Shown here: positions 1 to 9,354 of the stretch, piece after piece | How positions within the stretch are numbered: position 1 is the first letter of the stretch | Layout: each line of letters starts with the position of its first letter | NCBI GenBank assembly: GCA_964291265.2 | Contig: OZ219746.1 | Span: 256,001-320,000, forward strand | Direction of reading: 5' to 3' | DNA length: 64,000 bases | From: Alphaproteobacteria bacterium | GTDB taxonomy: Bacteria; Pseudomonadota; Alphaproteobacteria; SP197 | Program-made: the position numbers and the translations under genes | Notes under the pieces: generated by a model | The model's input: only the letters and a program-made list of their open reading frames with translations | Told to the model about the DNA's origin: nothing | Databases searched by the model: none

Positions 1-382
1 TGCCCATCAGGGACTGCAGCCAGTCGGAACACAGCAGGTAGGACTGCTTGATGTGATCGAACACGGCGTCGCGGGACCACGAGTCATCGCGGAACCGCCT
101 GTCGCCGGCTTCCGGCTCGATGACGGGTTTGACGTCCTCTCCCATCATTCTTCGCGTGGTTGTCTGCCACAGGTTCATGTAGTCGCGCCACAGGCTGGCC
201 TGGGCCTCGACGAGCTTCTCCGGGTCCTTCATCAGGCGTGCAAAGGCGTCCAGGAACACCTCGTTCATGCGCCTCATGTCCTCCATGGAGCTGTCCTGAC
301 GGGACAGGAATTCCCGAACCAGCCGGTTGCTGTGTTCGGCGACAGCCAGCCAGTCCCGGGCACTGAAGTCAGTCTCGGTCAT
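1..382 (-). CDS. phaC: class I poly(R)-hydroxyalkanoate synthase, N-terminal part (runs off the window)
   Basis: Manual translation from ATG 382: MTETDFS...LVEAQASLWRDYMNLWQ...PVIEPEAGDRRFRDDSWS...FDHIKQSYLL, the PhaC N-terminal signature; phaC divergent from hom is common alphaproteobacterial synteny. Confidence 0.88.
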   Translation of the reverse strand, partial: MTETDFSARDWLAVAEHSNRLVREFLSRQDSSMEDMRRMNEVFLDAFARLMKDPEKLVEAQASLWRDYMNLWQTTTRRMMGEDVKPVIEPEAGDRRFRDDSWSRDAVFDHIKQSYLLCSDWLQSLMG

Positions 383-514
383 CGTCTACAGTTCCGTTTT
401 CAGGGGTCCCGGGCCGGTTGAGCGACTGCCCCGGAGGCGTTAGGTTACGCTTGCGCGATCGGCAACCGTGCGAGATCAGAGTGTACAATGGCTCACCAAA
501 CCACCTCAAGCGAG

Positions 515-733
515 ATGATGCCGGGACGTGTTGTCCTGGCGCTTGCCGTCGCCCTGTCGGCGCTGTCCGGTTGTACCGGGGATTCCTGGCCTCGCCTGAC
601 TTCCGTTCCGGGAACTCCTCCCGACGCCGCGACCCAGGAGGAGTTCGACGGCACCGTTGACGAGCTTCTCGAAGTCAGGAAAGCGGTTGAGGAAGAACTG
701 GAATCGTGGTCCGCCCCGGAATCCGGGAACTGA
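515..733 (+). CDS. small putative lipoprotein
   Basis: Hydrophobic signal ending in lipobox LSGC; TGA overlaps the hom ATG (TGATG). Confidence 0.6.
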   Translation: MMPGRVVLALAVALSALSGCTGDSWPRLTSVPGTPPDAATQEEFDGTVDELLEVRKAVEEELESWSAPESGN

Positions 734-2022
734 TGGCCGCTCTCGGAATTGGAATTGCCGGACTGGGGACGGTTGGCTCAGGGGTGATCGGACTCCTCCG
801 GCGCAACGCCGATCTCATCGAGGCCGGATGCGGCCGCAGGATCGGGATCGCAGGGGTGTCGGCGAGGGATCGCCATCGCGACCGGGGGATCGACCTCGAC
901 GACTGCCCCTGGTTCGATGACGCGCGGGATCTCGCGGATGACCCCGGGATCGATCTCGTCGTCGAGCTCATCGGCGGCGAGGATGGCGTGGCTCTCGATC
1001 TTGCAAGGCGCACCATCGCCGCCGGCAAGCATCTTGTCACGGCCAACAAGGCGCTTCTTGCCATCCATGGAACGGAACTCGCAACAGCCGCCGACAACGC
1101 CGGCATCCATGTCGGCTACGAGGCGGCGGTCGCCGGGGGCATCCCGGTGATCAAGACACTCCGGGAGGGACTGGCGGCGAATCGGGTGCGGCGTGTCCAC
1201 GGTATCCTCAACGGCACGTCGAACTACATTCTCACCGCCATGCGTGAGCACGGCGCGGCGTTCGATGATGTCCTCGACGAGGCACAGCGTCTGGGCTATG
1301 CAGAGCTTGATCCCACCCTCGACATCGGTGGTGGTGATGCGGCACACAAACTTGCGATCCTTGCTGCCCTGGCGTTCCGTCGTCCGGTTGATTTTGCCGG
1401 AGTTCATGTCGAGGGGATAGGCGACGTGGCGCCGATGGATATCGCCTTCGCCCGCGAGTTCGGCTATCGCATCAAGCTGCTTGCCATCGCCCAGGCCGGG
1501 GCCGGTGGCGTTGAACAGCGGGTGCATCCCACGATGGTGCCTGAAGATGGTGCGATCGCCCACATCGATGGTGTCTTCAACGCCGTCGTCATCGAGGGTG
1601 ACGCGGCCCCGGTCACGACACTCATCGGGGAGGGAGCGGGAGCAGGTCCGACGGCGACGGCCGTGGTCGCCGACGTTGCCGACATTGCCCGCGGTGTCCG
1701 TCACGCCATGTTCGTCGTTCCCGGTCGCGAATTGGTCCATCATCCACCAGTGGCGATCGACCAGCGACAGGGCGAATACTATGTGCGTCTGATGGTGATC
1801 GACCGGCCCGGCGTCATGGCGGACATCTCGGCGATTCTGCGTGATGAGCGGATTTCCCTGGGCAGCCTTCTGCAGCGAGGTCGGGATCCCGGCGAGACCG
1901 TACCGGTCGTGATGACGACCCATGAGGCGGAAGAGGCATCAATGCGTCGGGCCTGCAAGTGCATTGCCGCTCTCGATACGGTGACCGAGGCGCCGGTCAC
2001 CATCCGCATCGAACGGGTGTGA
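733..2022 (+). CDS. hom: homoserine dehydrogenase
   Basis: GIAGLGTVG, VTANK, EAAVAGGIP, GILNGTSNYIL motifs; C-terminal ACT domain. Confidence 0.96.
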   Translation: MAALGIGIAGLGTVGSGVIGLLRRNADLIEAGCGRRIGIAGVSARDRHRDRGIDLDDCPWFDDARDLADDPGIDLVVELIGGEDGVALDLARRTIAAGKHLVTANKALLAIHGTELATAADNAGIHVGYEAAVAGGIPVIKTLREGLAANRVRRVHGILNGTSNYILTAMREHGAAFDDVLDEAQRLGYAELDPTLDIGGGDAAHKLAILAALAFRRPVDFAGVHVEGIGDVAPMDIAFAREFGYRIKLLAIAQAGAGGVEQRVHPTMVPEDGAIAHIDGVFNAVVIEGDAAPVTTLIGEGAGAGPTATAVVADVADIARGVRHAMFVVPGRELVHHPPVAIDQRQGEYYVRLMVIDRPGVMADISAILRDERISLGSLLQRGRDPGETVPVVMTTHEAEEASMRRACKCIAALDTVTEAPVTIRIERV

Positions 2023-2054
2023 CGCATGACCCGGCATAATCCGGAACGGCATCC

Positions 2055-3008
2055 GTGATGAGCGCCGAACCCCTTGTTCTCGACGCCGCACGGGTCTGCG
2101 AGGCCGCCGCCATCGCTGCCGCCCGTCATGTGGGACGGGGCGACGAGAAGGCCGCAGACCAGGCGGCCGTCGATGCCATGCGGCGCGGCCTCAACCGGAT
2201 CGACATGCAGGGACAGGTGGTGATTGGCGAGGGAGAGCGCGACGAGGCGCCGATGCTCTACATTGGCGAGGAGGTCGGTACGGGAAAGGGCAGACGCATC
2301 GACATCGCTCTCGACCCGCTCGAGGGAACGACGCTCTGCGCGACGGGAGGAGCCAATTCTCTGTCTGTTCTGGCGTTGGCCGGTACCGCAGGACTTCTTC
2401 ATGCGCCGGATGTCTACATGGAGAAGATCGCAGTCGGCGCGGATCTGCCGCAAGGCGTTGTCGGCCTCGACCGGACCCCAAGCGAGAACATGCAGTGTCT
2501 CGCCGAGGCCAGGGGGCGCAAGGTCGATGATCTTGTCGCGCTGGTCCTCGACCGTCCGCGCCATGATGACCTGATCCGGGACCTGAGGAAGACGGGTGCG
2601 CGCGTCCGGCTCATCCAGGACGGTGATGTCGCAGGGGTGATCGCCACGACCAGGCCGGAGACCGGAATCGACATCTACATGGGAATCGGCGGCGCTCCGG
2701 AAGGCGTTCTGGCAGCCGCCGCCCTTCGATGTGTCGGTGGCCACTTTCAGGGCCGCCTGGCGTTTCGCGATCACGGTGAACGAAACCGGGCCCGCGCCAT
2801 GGGGATCGCAGACCCGGACCGCATCTTCTCCATCGGGGAACTGGCATCGGGTGACGTGGTGTTCTGTGCGACCGGTGTGACCGATGGCTGGATGCTGAGA
2901 GGAGTCCGGAAGGAGGGCGCCAGGACCATCACCCAGTCCCTTGTCATGAGTTCCAGCGCCGTGCGTGTCATCACCACGGACCATGCGCCATGCGAGGGGA
3001 GTTCCTGA
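2055..3008 (+). CDS. glpX: class II fructose-1,6-bisphosphatase
   Basis: VIGEGERDEAPML, DPLEGT, APDVYMEK, GIGGAPEGV, ATGVTDG. Confidence 0.96.
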   Translation: MMSAEPLVLDAARVCEAAAIAAARHVGRGDEKAADQAAVDAMRRGLNRIDMQGQVVIGEGERDEAPMLYIGEEVGTGKGRRIDIALDPLEGTTLCATGGANSLSVLALAGTAGLLHAPDVYMEKIAVGADLPQGVVGLDRTPSENMQCLAEARGRKVDDLVALVLDRPRHDDLIRDLRKTGARVRLIQDGDVAGVIATTRPETGIDIYMGIGGAPEGVLAAAALRCVGGHFQGRLAFRDHGERNRARAMGIADPDRIFSIGELASGDVVFCATGVTDGWMLRGVRKEGARTITQSLVMSSSAVRVITTDHAPCEGSS

Positions 3009-3011
3009 GAG

Positions 3012-4775
3012 GTGAGCGGCGCGGTTCTGGGTGTGACCCGGTCATGTCGGGGACTGTACTGGAATGACCGTCTTGGCAACGATCATTCCGTCATGACGCT
3101 GGCGCAGCGCCTCGACCTGCCGGAAATCCTGGCCCGCCTTCTGGCAGCCAGGGGTGTGGAGGTCGGTGACGTCGAGGAATTTCTCGAACCCCGCGTGAAG
3201 CACCTGATGCCCGATCCTCTCGGTATGGTCGACATGGCGGGCGCTGTCCGGTGCATGGCGGATGCCGTCGAAGCGGGCGAGACGATCGGTGTCTTCGGCG
3301 ACTACGATGTCGACGGCGCCACGTCGACAGCCCTTCTCGTGCGTTATCTTGATTGTCTTGGCACCAGGACCGTGGTCCATATTCCCGATCGCAGAAAGGA
3401 GGGATACGGGCCGAGCATCAGTGCCATCGCTTCTCTCAGGGAGAGGGGTGCAGGTCCGGTGGTGACGGTGGATTGCGGCATCACGGCACATGAGCCCCTC
3501 CGTCTCGCGCATCAGGCGGGCATCGATGTCATCGTGATTGATCACCATCAGGTGGCAGGCGAGTTGCCCCACGCCACGGCACTGGTCAATCCGAACAGGC
3601 CCGACTGCCGCAGCGGACTGGGCCACCTTGCGGCCGTCGGCGTGACATTCATGACCGTTGTCGCCATCAACAGGGAACTGCGTCAGCGGGGCCGGTTTGA
3701 TGGCGGTTCCGAGCCCGATCTCATGCAATGGCTCGATCTGGTGGCCCTGGGTACGCTCTGCGACAACGTTCCCCTTGTCGGACTGAACAGGGCAATGGTG
3801 CGTCAGGGGCTGAAGGTTCTGGGGCGCGGCGCCAATGAGGGGTTGTCGGCCCTTGGCCGTGCGGCACGTCTGGCAGAAGACCCGACAGCCCACCATGCGA
3901 CGTTCCTGTTCGGGCCTCGCATCAATGCCGGTGGCCGGATCGGCGACCCGACACTGGGTGTGCGCCTCTTGACCTCGCAGAACGAGGAGGAGGCGGCAGG
4001 CATTGCCGTCAGGCTGGATGACTGCAATGTCGAGCGTCGGCGCATCGAGCGAGAGGTGCTCGAGGCCGCCATGAAACAGGCCGAGGCACAGGCGCCACGG
4101 CACTGCTACGTGGTGTCGGGAAGGGACTGGCATCCCGGCGTCGTCGGCATCGTGGCCAGCAGGCTCGTGGACCACTTCTCCCGGCCCGCCGTGGTGATTT
4201 CCACGACCGATTCGCCTGGTACGGGTTCGTGTCGCTCAGTCAGGGGCGTGAACATCGGCGCCGCGGTAGGGCGTGCAGTGGAGGAGGGCATTCTCGTCAG
4301 GGGTGGCGGCCATCCCGCCGCCGCGGGCCTGGCGGTGAAGGAAGACAGGATCGCCGACCTCGCTGCCTTTCTCGATGACCATCTGGCCCGGGAGATTGCG
4401 TCGTTGCCGGACGTGCCCGAACTCGGTATCGATGGCGTCCTCACCGTTGCTGCCGTCAACGAGGATCTGATCCGGTCCATCGAACGCGCCGGTCCCTTCG
4501 GCACCGGCAACGTTCAGCCGCGTTTCGCCATCAAGGACGCGCGCGTCAGCTGGGCCAGGCGGGTCGGGGAACACCATGTCCAAGTAACCGCCACGGATGC
4601 CGGCGGTGCGCGACTCGACGCCGTCGCGTTCCGCGTCGCGGACGGCCCGTTGGGCAAGGCCCTCTTGACCAGCGACACCGGTGCCTTTCACCTTGCCGGA
4701 CATCTGACCATCAATACATGGCGTGGCAGGGTCCGTCCGCAACTGATGATCGAGGACGTCGCCGTCGCCACCTGA
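3012..4775 (+). CDS. recJ: ssDNA-specific exonuclease RecJ
   Basis: GDYDVDG, TVDCG, DHH, PRINAGGR, GGGHxxAAG. Confidence 0.96.
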   Translation: MSGAVLGVTRSCRGLYWNDRLGNDHSVMTLAQRLDLPEILARLLAARGVEVGDVEEFLEPRVKHLMPDPLGMVDMAGAVRCMADAVEAGETIGVFGDYDVDGATSTALLVRYLDCLGTRTVVHIPDRRKEGYGPSISAIASLRERGAGPVVTVDCGITAHEPLRLAHQAGIDVIVIDHHQVAGELPHATALVNPNRPDCRSGLGHLAAVGVTFMTVVAINRELRQRGRFDGGSEPDLMQWLDLVALGTLCDNVPLVGLNRAMVRQGLKVLGRGANEGLSALGRAARLAEDPTAHHATFLFGPRINAGGRIGDPTLGVRLLTSQNEEEAAGIAVRLDDCNVERRRIEREVLEAAMKQAEAQAPRHCYVVSGRDWHPGVVGIVASRLVDHFSRPAVVISTTDSPGTGSCRSVRGVNIGAAVGRAVEEGILVRGGGHPAAAGLAVKEDRIADLAAFLDDHLAREIASLPDVPELGIDGVLTVAAVNEDLIRSIERAGPFGTGNVQPRFAIKDARVSWARRVGEHHVQVTATDAGGARLDAVAFRVADGPLGKALLTSDTGAFHLAGHLTINTWRGRVRPQLMIEDVAVAT

Positions 4776-4788
4776 CCTCCACGTGCGC

Positions 4789-4817
4789 TTGAATTTCTCG
4801 AGGCGTTCCGCTATCTC
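4789..4817 (+). promoter_or_regulatory. sigma70-like promoter of tRNA-Glu
   Basis: TTGAAT-17 nt-TATCTC just upstream of the tRNA. Confidence 0.55.
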
Positions 4818-4833
4818 AGCGTCCGGTTCGTGC

Positions 4834-4908
4834 GACCCCTTCGTCTAGAGGTTAGGACACAACCCTTTCACGGTTGAGACAGGGGTTCGATTCCCCTAGG
4901 GGTCGCCA
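4834..4908 (+). tRNA. tRNA-Glu(TTC)
   Basis: Acceptor GACCCCT/AGGGGTC, anticodon arm CAACC-CTTTCAC-GGTTG, TTCGA T-loop, encoded CCA. Confidence 0.97.
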
Positions 4909-5041
4909 CAAACAGCGGCCATGTGGCATCGGTCTCATGGCTGACATGATATCGATGCCGGCGGCGGGAAGCAATCCCCGCCCGGCCTGGCGGCACCCAA
5001 CGCAACGGGAGCGATAGCACGACTCCAGGAATCTCAAAGGA

Positions 5042-5078
5042 AAACAGCCCCCGCATTGGAGAGTGCGGAGGCTGTTTG
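5042..5078. terminator. hairpin, possible bidirectional terminator downstream of tRNA-Glu
   Basis: AAACAGCCCCCGCA...TGCGGAGGCTGTTT imperfect inverted repeat with A/T flanks. Confidence 0.4.
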
Positions 5079-5447
5079 AACGGTTGGGCAAGGAGGCACA
5101 GGAGGCACAACCGATGGCGACAAGGCCCAAGAAGGGATTGTCGACTGTTGCCATGACAGGCACTGGCATTATGGCCCGCACCGTTCCTTGTCGTCAACAC
5201 ACTTCTTCGATCTTTCCTGTGCGGTGTTCCCAGACAAGGGGATTCGTGGGATGAATACACAAGGAACCCGACCTGACAACGCCGTTCTCGGTCTGCGGCG
5301 CATCACATCCAACTCGTGCAGAGTGGCATTCAGCTGTCCGATTTTCACGACTGCGACACGTTCCGGACAACAATCCGTCTGACCGAGCGTGGTATGAGAT
5401 AGACTGCCGTGCAGATGAGGGGCGGGCAGACGCAACGGAGTCATGAC

Positions 5448-5939
5448 ATGAACGCGGAACGCACCCTCTACCTTGCGAATCCGTACGGCTTTTCGGCATC
5501 TCTGAAGACCGGTCCCCTGCGGGATTTGTGCCGGCGACTCGAGACGCTGGGCGCCGAGGTGTGGGAGCCCTTCGAGTCCGTTGAGAACCGTGACCGCAGC
5601 GCACCGCACTGGGCCTGGCGGATCGCCCGCAGCGACGCCAGGGGCGTCAGGCAGGCGGATGGGGTCTTCGCCGTCGTCAACGGCTGTCCGCCTGACGAAG
5701 GCGTGATGGTCGAGGTCGGCCTGGCGATCGCCTGGCAGAAACCGCTGTTCCTGTTCCGTGACGACTTTCGCCGCTGTTCGGACAGCGAGGGCTATCCTCT
5801 CAACCTGATGCTCTTCGCCGGCTACTCTGCTGAAGGCTGGCGGGATTTCTGGTACGACTCTGTCGAGGGACTTGATCAGCCGGAGAAAGCCCTGGTGCGC
5901 TGGCTCCGGGGCGAGGACATGTGGTTGCTCGAGGTTTGA
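5448..5939 (+). CDS. nucleoside 2-deoxyribosyltransferase family protein
   Basis: LYLANPYGFS N-terminus, D.GV..EVG.A motif, DDFRR. Confidence 0.82.
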   Translation: MNAERTLYLANPYGFSASLKTGPLRDLCRRLETLGAEVWEPFESVENRDRSAPHWAWRIARSDARGVRQADGVFAVVNGCPPDEGVMVEVGLAIAWQKPLFLFRDDFRRCSDSEGYPLNLMLFAGYSAEGWRDFWYDSVEGLDQPEKALVRWLRGEDMWLLEV

Positions 5940-5980
5940 TTGCTGCCGATTGCTGCCATGCAGCAGGGGGGAGGACGTCA

Positions 5981-6466
5981 ATGACCGGAAGACGCCTCAA
6001 CGGCGGCTGCCTGTGCGGAGCCGTGCGCTACCAGATTTCAGGAGAACCGAGGTTCGCGCCGCTGTGCCACTGTCGCATGTGCCAGAAATGGACCGGCAGC
6101 GCGATGCTGGCCACGGTGGCCTTCGATCGCGATGCGGTCGTGTTCACGCAAGGCAAGCCCCGCGTCTACAGGTCTTCGGACGTCTGCGATAGGGGTTTCT
6201 GTGCCGACTGTGGCAGTTCGCTCTTGACACGTTACGCGTCGGGAGGCGCCTTTGATGACATCATCTTCATCGGATTGGGAACTCTTGATGATCCGGAGAG
6301 TGTTCGGCCGAACGTGCACTACGGGGCCGAGGCGGAGCTCTCCTGGATGCGCAGCGAGGACGGTCTTGCGCGCGTTCATATCGATGTCGACGATCCCGGC
6401 GAGCAGAATGCCCTCTTCGAGCGCCTCATGGCCGCGTCCGTCAGGGCTGGTCGTGATGGCTGTTGA
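5981..6466 (+). CDS. GFA family (glutathione-dependent formaldehyde-activating / CENP-V) protein
   Basis: GGCLCGAVRY, CHCRMCQK, RGFCADCGS; GGAGG RBS. Confidence 0.9.
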   Translation: MTGRRLNGGCLCGAVRYQISGEPRFAPLCHCRMCQKWTGSAMLATVAFDRDAVVFTQGKPRVYRSSDVCDRGFCADCGSSLLTRYASGGAFDDIIFIGLGTLDDPESVRPNVHYGAEAELSWMRSEDGLARVHIDVDDPGEQNALFERLMAASVRAGRDGC

Positions 6467-6523
6467 AGGCGGGAAGGGGCGGAGACTATCTTTCCCGATG
6501 TTCCGGATGCGGGAGAAGACACG

Positions 6524-7699
6524 ATGTTGAATCACGCGCCGTCAGTCACAGGCGATGGGTTGGTTCACCGGGTCCTGGACAACTCCGCAGTCGCACGGTT
6601 CCGGTCGGCAACCCGTGACGGCAGCGGTCTCCCCAACGAGTGCTACACCAGCCCCGAATGGCTGAAAGCGGAGAACGAGAGAATCTTCGTCCGCACCTGG
6701 ATGCTTGCCGGTTTCTGTCACGATGTGCCGAAACCAGGCGATGTCGCGCCGGTCGAGATGGCGGGCATGCCGCTCATCATCGTGCGCGATCACGACGGCA
6801 TGGTCAGGGTTTTCCACAACGTCTGCCGGCATCGCGGAGCCGTCGTGGTGGCGAAGCCGTGCCAACGCCAGTCGGTCCTGACCTGCCCTTACCATTCCTG
6901 GGTCTACGGCCTCGACGGCAGCCTGCGCATGCGTCCCCACTTCTTCGGTGGTGGCTGTCACGACACGGAACCCGGAGAGGACGCACCGGGTCTTGTTCCA
7001 GTGCGTCATGCCGTCTGGCATGATCTCGTCTTCGTCAACATCTCGGGCGATGCGCCGGAATTCGAGGATCACTGGGAACCGTTCGCCCGGCGTACGAAGG
7101 ACTACGATTTCGGTGCCCTGCGCTATGCCACGACCCTGGATTTCGACGCCAAGGGGAACTGGAAGCTCATCTACGAAAACTTCTATGACGCCTACCATGT
7201 GCCCACGGTCCACCCCAGGCTGGAAGTCTTCACGCCACTCGACGCCAGGGTGGCCGTCGACACCGAAGGGCCCTGGTTCCACAACACGTCGATGATCCGG
7301 GAGCCCCAGCCGGGACGCGGCATCGGCATGCCCATGTATCCGGGCCTCGACAGCAAGGGCCAACGCACTGAATGGTACTTCCATCTCTTCCCGACGACCG
7401 CCATCCAGATCTGGCCCGACCAGCTTGCCATCTTCCAGCTCCACGCCCTGGCGCCGGACAGGACCATGGAGCACATCCACATGTACTTTGTCGGCGAGGC
7501 GGCGACCGATGAGGCACACGCCGGATATCGCCAGGATGTCTACGACATGTGGAACGAGCTCAACACGGAAGACTTCGAGATCGTCGAGAACATGCAGGGA
7601 GCCAGGGCGTCTCCGGGTTTCGATGGCGGTGTCCTGTCGCCCTACTGGGATCCGGCGACCCAGTACTTCGCGAGGCTCGTGACGGACTTCATGCGCTGA
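6524..7699 (+). CDS. Rieske non-heme iron oxygenase alpha subunit (choline monooxygenase/GbcA-like group)
   Basis: CRH...CPYH Rieske motif; NWK..ENFYDAYHVPTVH and ED mononuclear Fe ligands. Confidence 0.88.
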   Translation: MLNHAPSVTGDGLVHRVLDNSAVARFRSATRDGSGLPNECYTSPEWLKAENERIFVRTWMLAGFCHDVPKPGDVAPVEMAGMPLIIVRDHDGMVRVFHNVCRHRGAVVVAKPCQRQSVLTCPYHSWVYGLDGSLRMRPHFFGGGCHDTEPGEDAPGLVPVRHAVWHDLVFVNISGDAPEFEDHWEPFARRTKDYDFGALRYATTLDFDAKGNWKLIYENFYDAYHVPTVHPRLEVFTPLDARVAVDTEGPWFHNTSMIREPQPGRGIGMPMYPGLDSKGQRTEWYFHLFPTTAIQIWPDQLAIFQLHALAPDRTMEHIHMYFVGEAATDEAHAGYRQDVYDMWNELNTEDFEIVENMQGARASPGFDGGVLSPYWDPATQYFARLVTDFMR

Positions 7700-7708
7700 T
7701 CCGTGGGA

Positions 7709-8947
7709 TTACCGACCCAGGAGATCGTCTTCCCAGGAGAAGGGTGAGAGGAGTTCGTAGCCGTCGCGGGTCACCACGACCTGCTGTTCGAGCTTGACAC
7801 CCTCTCCGCCGTGTTCGGAGCCGATGAAGCTCTCGATGCAGATGACCATGTTCTCCTCGAGTTCACCTTCGGTGCCGCGCGCCTCCCAGTCGATGGGCCA
7901 GGGGATGGCCGGCCATTCGTCGCCCATGCCGATGCCGTGGGCCATGACCGGGTAGCGGTGCTTGAGGAACTCCTGCGGGTAGGGCCAGCAGCCCTTCGAG
8001 AGGGTCTCGAAGGAGACACCGGCTCTCACCAGGTCGAGATTGTGCTCGATGTTGTCGACGGCAAGGCGATAGAGACGGCGCTGCGTCGGCGTCGCCGAAA
8101 CCGGACCGCAAAGGAAGGTCCGGGATACGTCGGCACTGTAACCCAGGGGTCCGATCATGCCGCAGTCGAACGCGACCATGTCGCCCGCGCCGATGGGACG
8201 GTTCGATGCTTCCTGTTCCCACGGATTGATGCGCGGTCCCGAAGCAAGGTAGCGGTACTCCAGCCACTCGCCCCCATACGCCGTGTTGGTCTGCTGCAGG
8301 ATCGACCAGGCCTCGTACTCCGTCATGCCCGGACACAGGGCCTCGCGGAGCCGTGCCATGGCGATTCCGGCGACGGCGCAGGCGTTGGCAAGACAGCGAA
8401 TTTCGTCGTCGTTCTTGATCAGCGTCGCCATTTCCATGAGGTGGTCGGCGGAGACGACATCGAGGCCCTCGGCGACGAGAGTATGCACGAGAAGAGGATC
8501 AGCGATATCGAGGGCCACCCGCTTGCCACCCTGGGCGCGTGCCAGGTCCGCGATTTCACCGGTGAACGATGCGACCATGGCACGGTTGAGTTCGCCGGCA
8601 GGAAAGTAGGCGAACACCGGCATCGGCCTCAGTTCACCGGTGGTTTCCGGTGTCTCGTGCGGATTGTCCGGATGAAACCAGTCAAAGATGGTGTTGAGGC
8701 CGCTTGCAGGAACGAATACCGCGCTCGACGGCTTGTGGGCGTTGTAGATGCCCGTGCGCAGCATTCCCGTGGCATAGCGCTTGTTGTGGACTCCCAGGAG
8801 CAGGAGACCGCAACAGTCCTCGTCAACGATGGCCTTCTGCAGCCTCGCCAGGCGATAGCGCAGCATGCGCCCGACATCGATGACCGCTCCAGCTTCCTCG
8901 GGAGTGAAGGCCTTGCCGGCCGGGAACGGGAGGGTTGTGGCGTTCAT
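7709..8947 (-). CDS. M24-family protein resembling DMSP lyase DddP
   Basis: GGEWLEYRYLASGPRINPW, ADVSRT, HGIGMGDEWP, CIES, GVKLEQQV follow the DddP-subfamily pattern. Confidence 0.75.
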   Translation of the reverse strand: MNATTLPFPAGKAFTPEEAGAVIDVGRMLRYRLARLQKAIVDEDCCGLLLLGVHNKRYATGMLRTGIYNAHKPSSAVFVPASGLNTIFDWFHPDNPHETPETTGELRPMPVFAYFPAGELNRAMVASFTGEIADLARAQGGKRVALDIADPLLVHTLVAEGLDVVSADHLMEMATLIKNDDEIRCLANACAVAGIAMARLREALCPGMTEYEAWSILQQTNTAYGGEWLEYRYLASGPRINPWEQEASNRPIGAGDMVAFDCGMIGPLGYSADVSRTFLCGPVSATPTQRRLYRLAVDNIEHNLDLVRAGVSFETLSKGCWPYPQEFLKHRYPVMAHGIGMGDEWPAIPWPIDWEARGTEGELEENMVICIESFIGSEHGGEGVKLEQQVVVTRDGYELLSPFSWEDDLLGR

Positions 8948-9008
8948 CGGGCGTTACTTTGGGCCGGTGTTGTCACGCTGCAAGTTTTTTCCTACGGTCG
9001 CGTCATCC

Positions 9009-9049
9009 GGTCACGTAGCTCATCTGGACAGAGCGCTGCCTCCGAAGGC
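9009..9049 (+). pseudogene. 5' half of a degenerate tRNA-Arg(CCG) (attL-like relic)
   Basis: GGTCACGTAGCTCATCTGGACAGAGCGCTGCCTCCGAAGGC keeps the D-stem GCTC/GAGC and CCG anticodon but has no T arm. Confidence 0.75.
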
Positions 9050-9177
9050 GGACATCAGGTCCGGCGATGGCTCGTGTTGCTGCAAGAGGGAGAAGTGACG
9101 GAACAAGGGCTTGAGCGAATGACGGGCTCGCTCTTCAGGCCAACGAGTATTTCGCGTAGACATCTCGCGAACGGTAT

Positions 9178-9254
9178 GCACCCGTAGCTCAGCTGGATAG
9201 AGCGCCGCCCTCCGAAGGCGGAGGTCAGAGGTTCGAATCCTCTCGGGTGCGCCA
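9178..9254 (+). tRNA. tRNA-Arg(CCG)
   Basis: GCACCCG/CGGGTGC acceptor, CCGCC-CTCCGAA-GGCGG anticodon arm, GTTCGAATC, CCA. Confidence 0.97.
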
Positions 9255-9354
9255 GTTCTCAACGAATCAACTCTCTATCGGGATGCGCCTGCAACAGGTC
9301 AGTGCGCACAGGGACATTCGCGCAAGCAGGAGGGGCATCGCAGCGTGCTCAAAC

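Noticed and set aside
5343-5360. Possible attR of tRNA-Glu (TTTCACGACTGCGACACG vs TTTCACGGTTGAGACAGG)
   Set aside because: Only 14/18 identity with no T arm or acceptor; cannot be distinguished from chance
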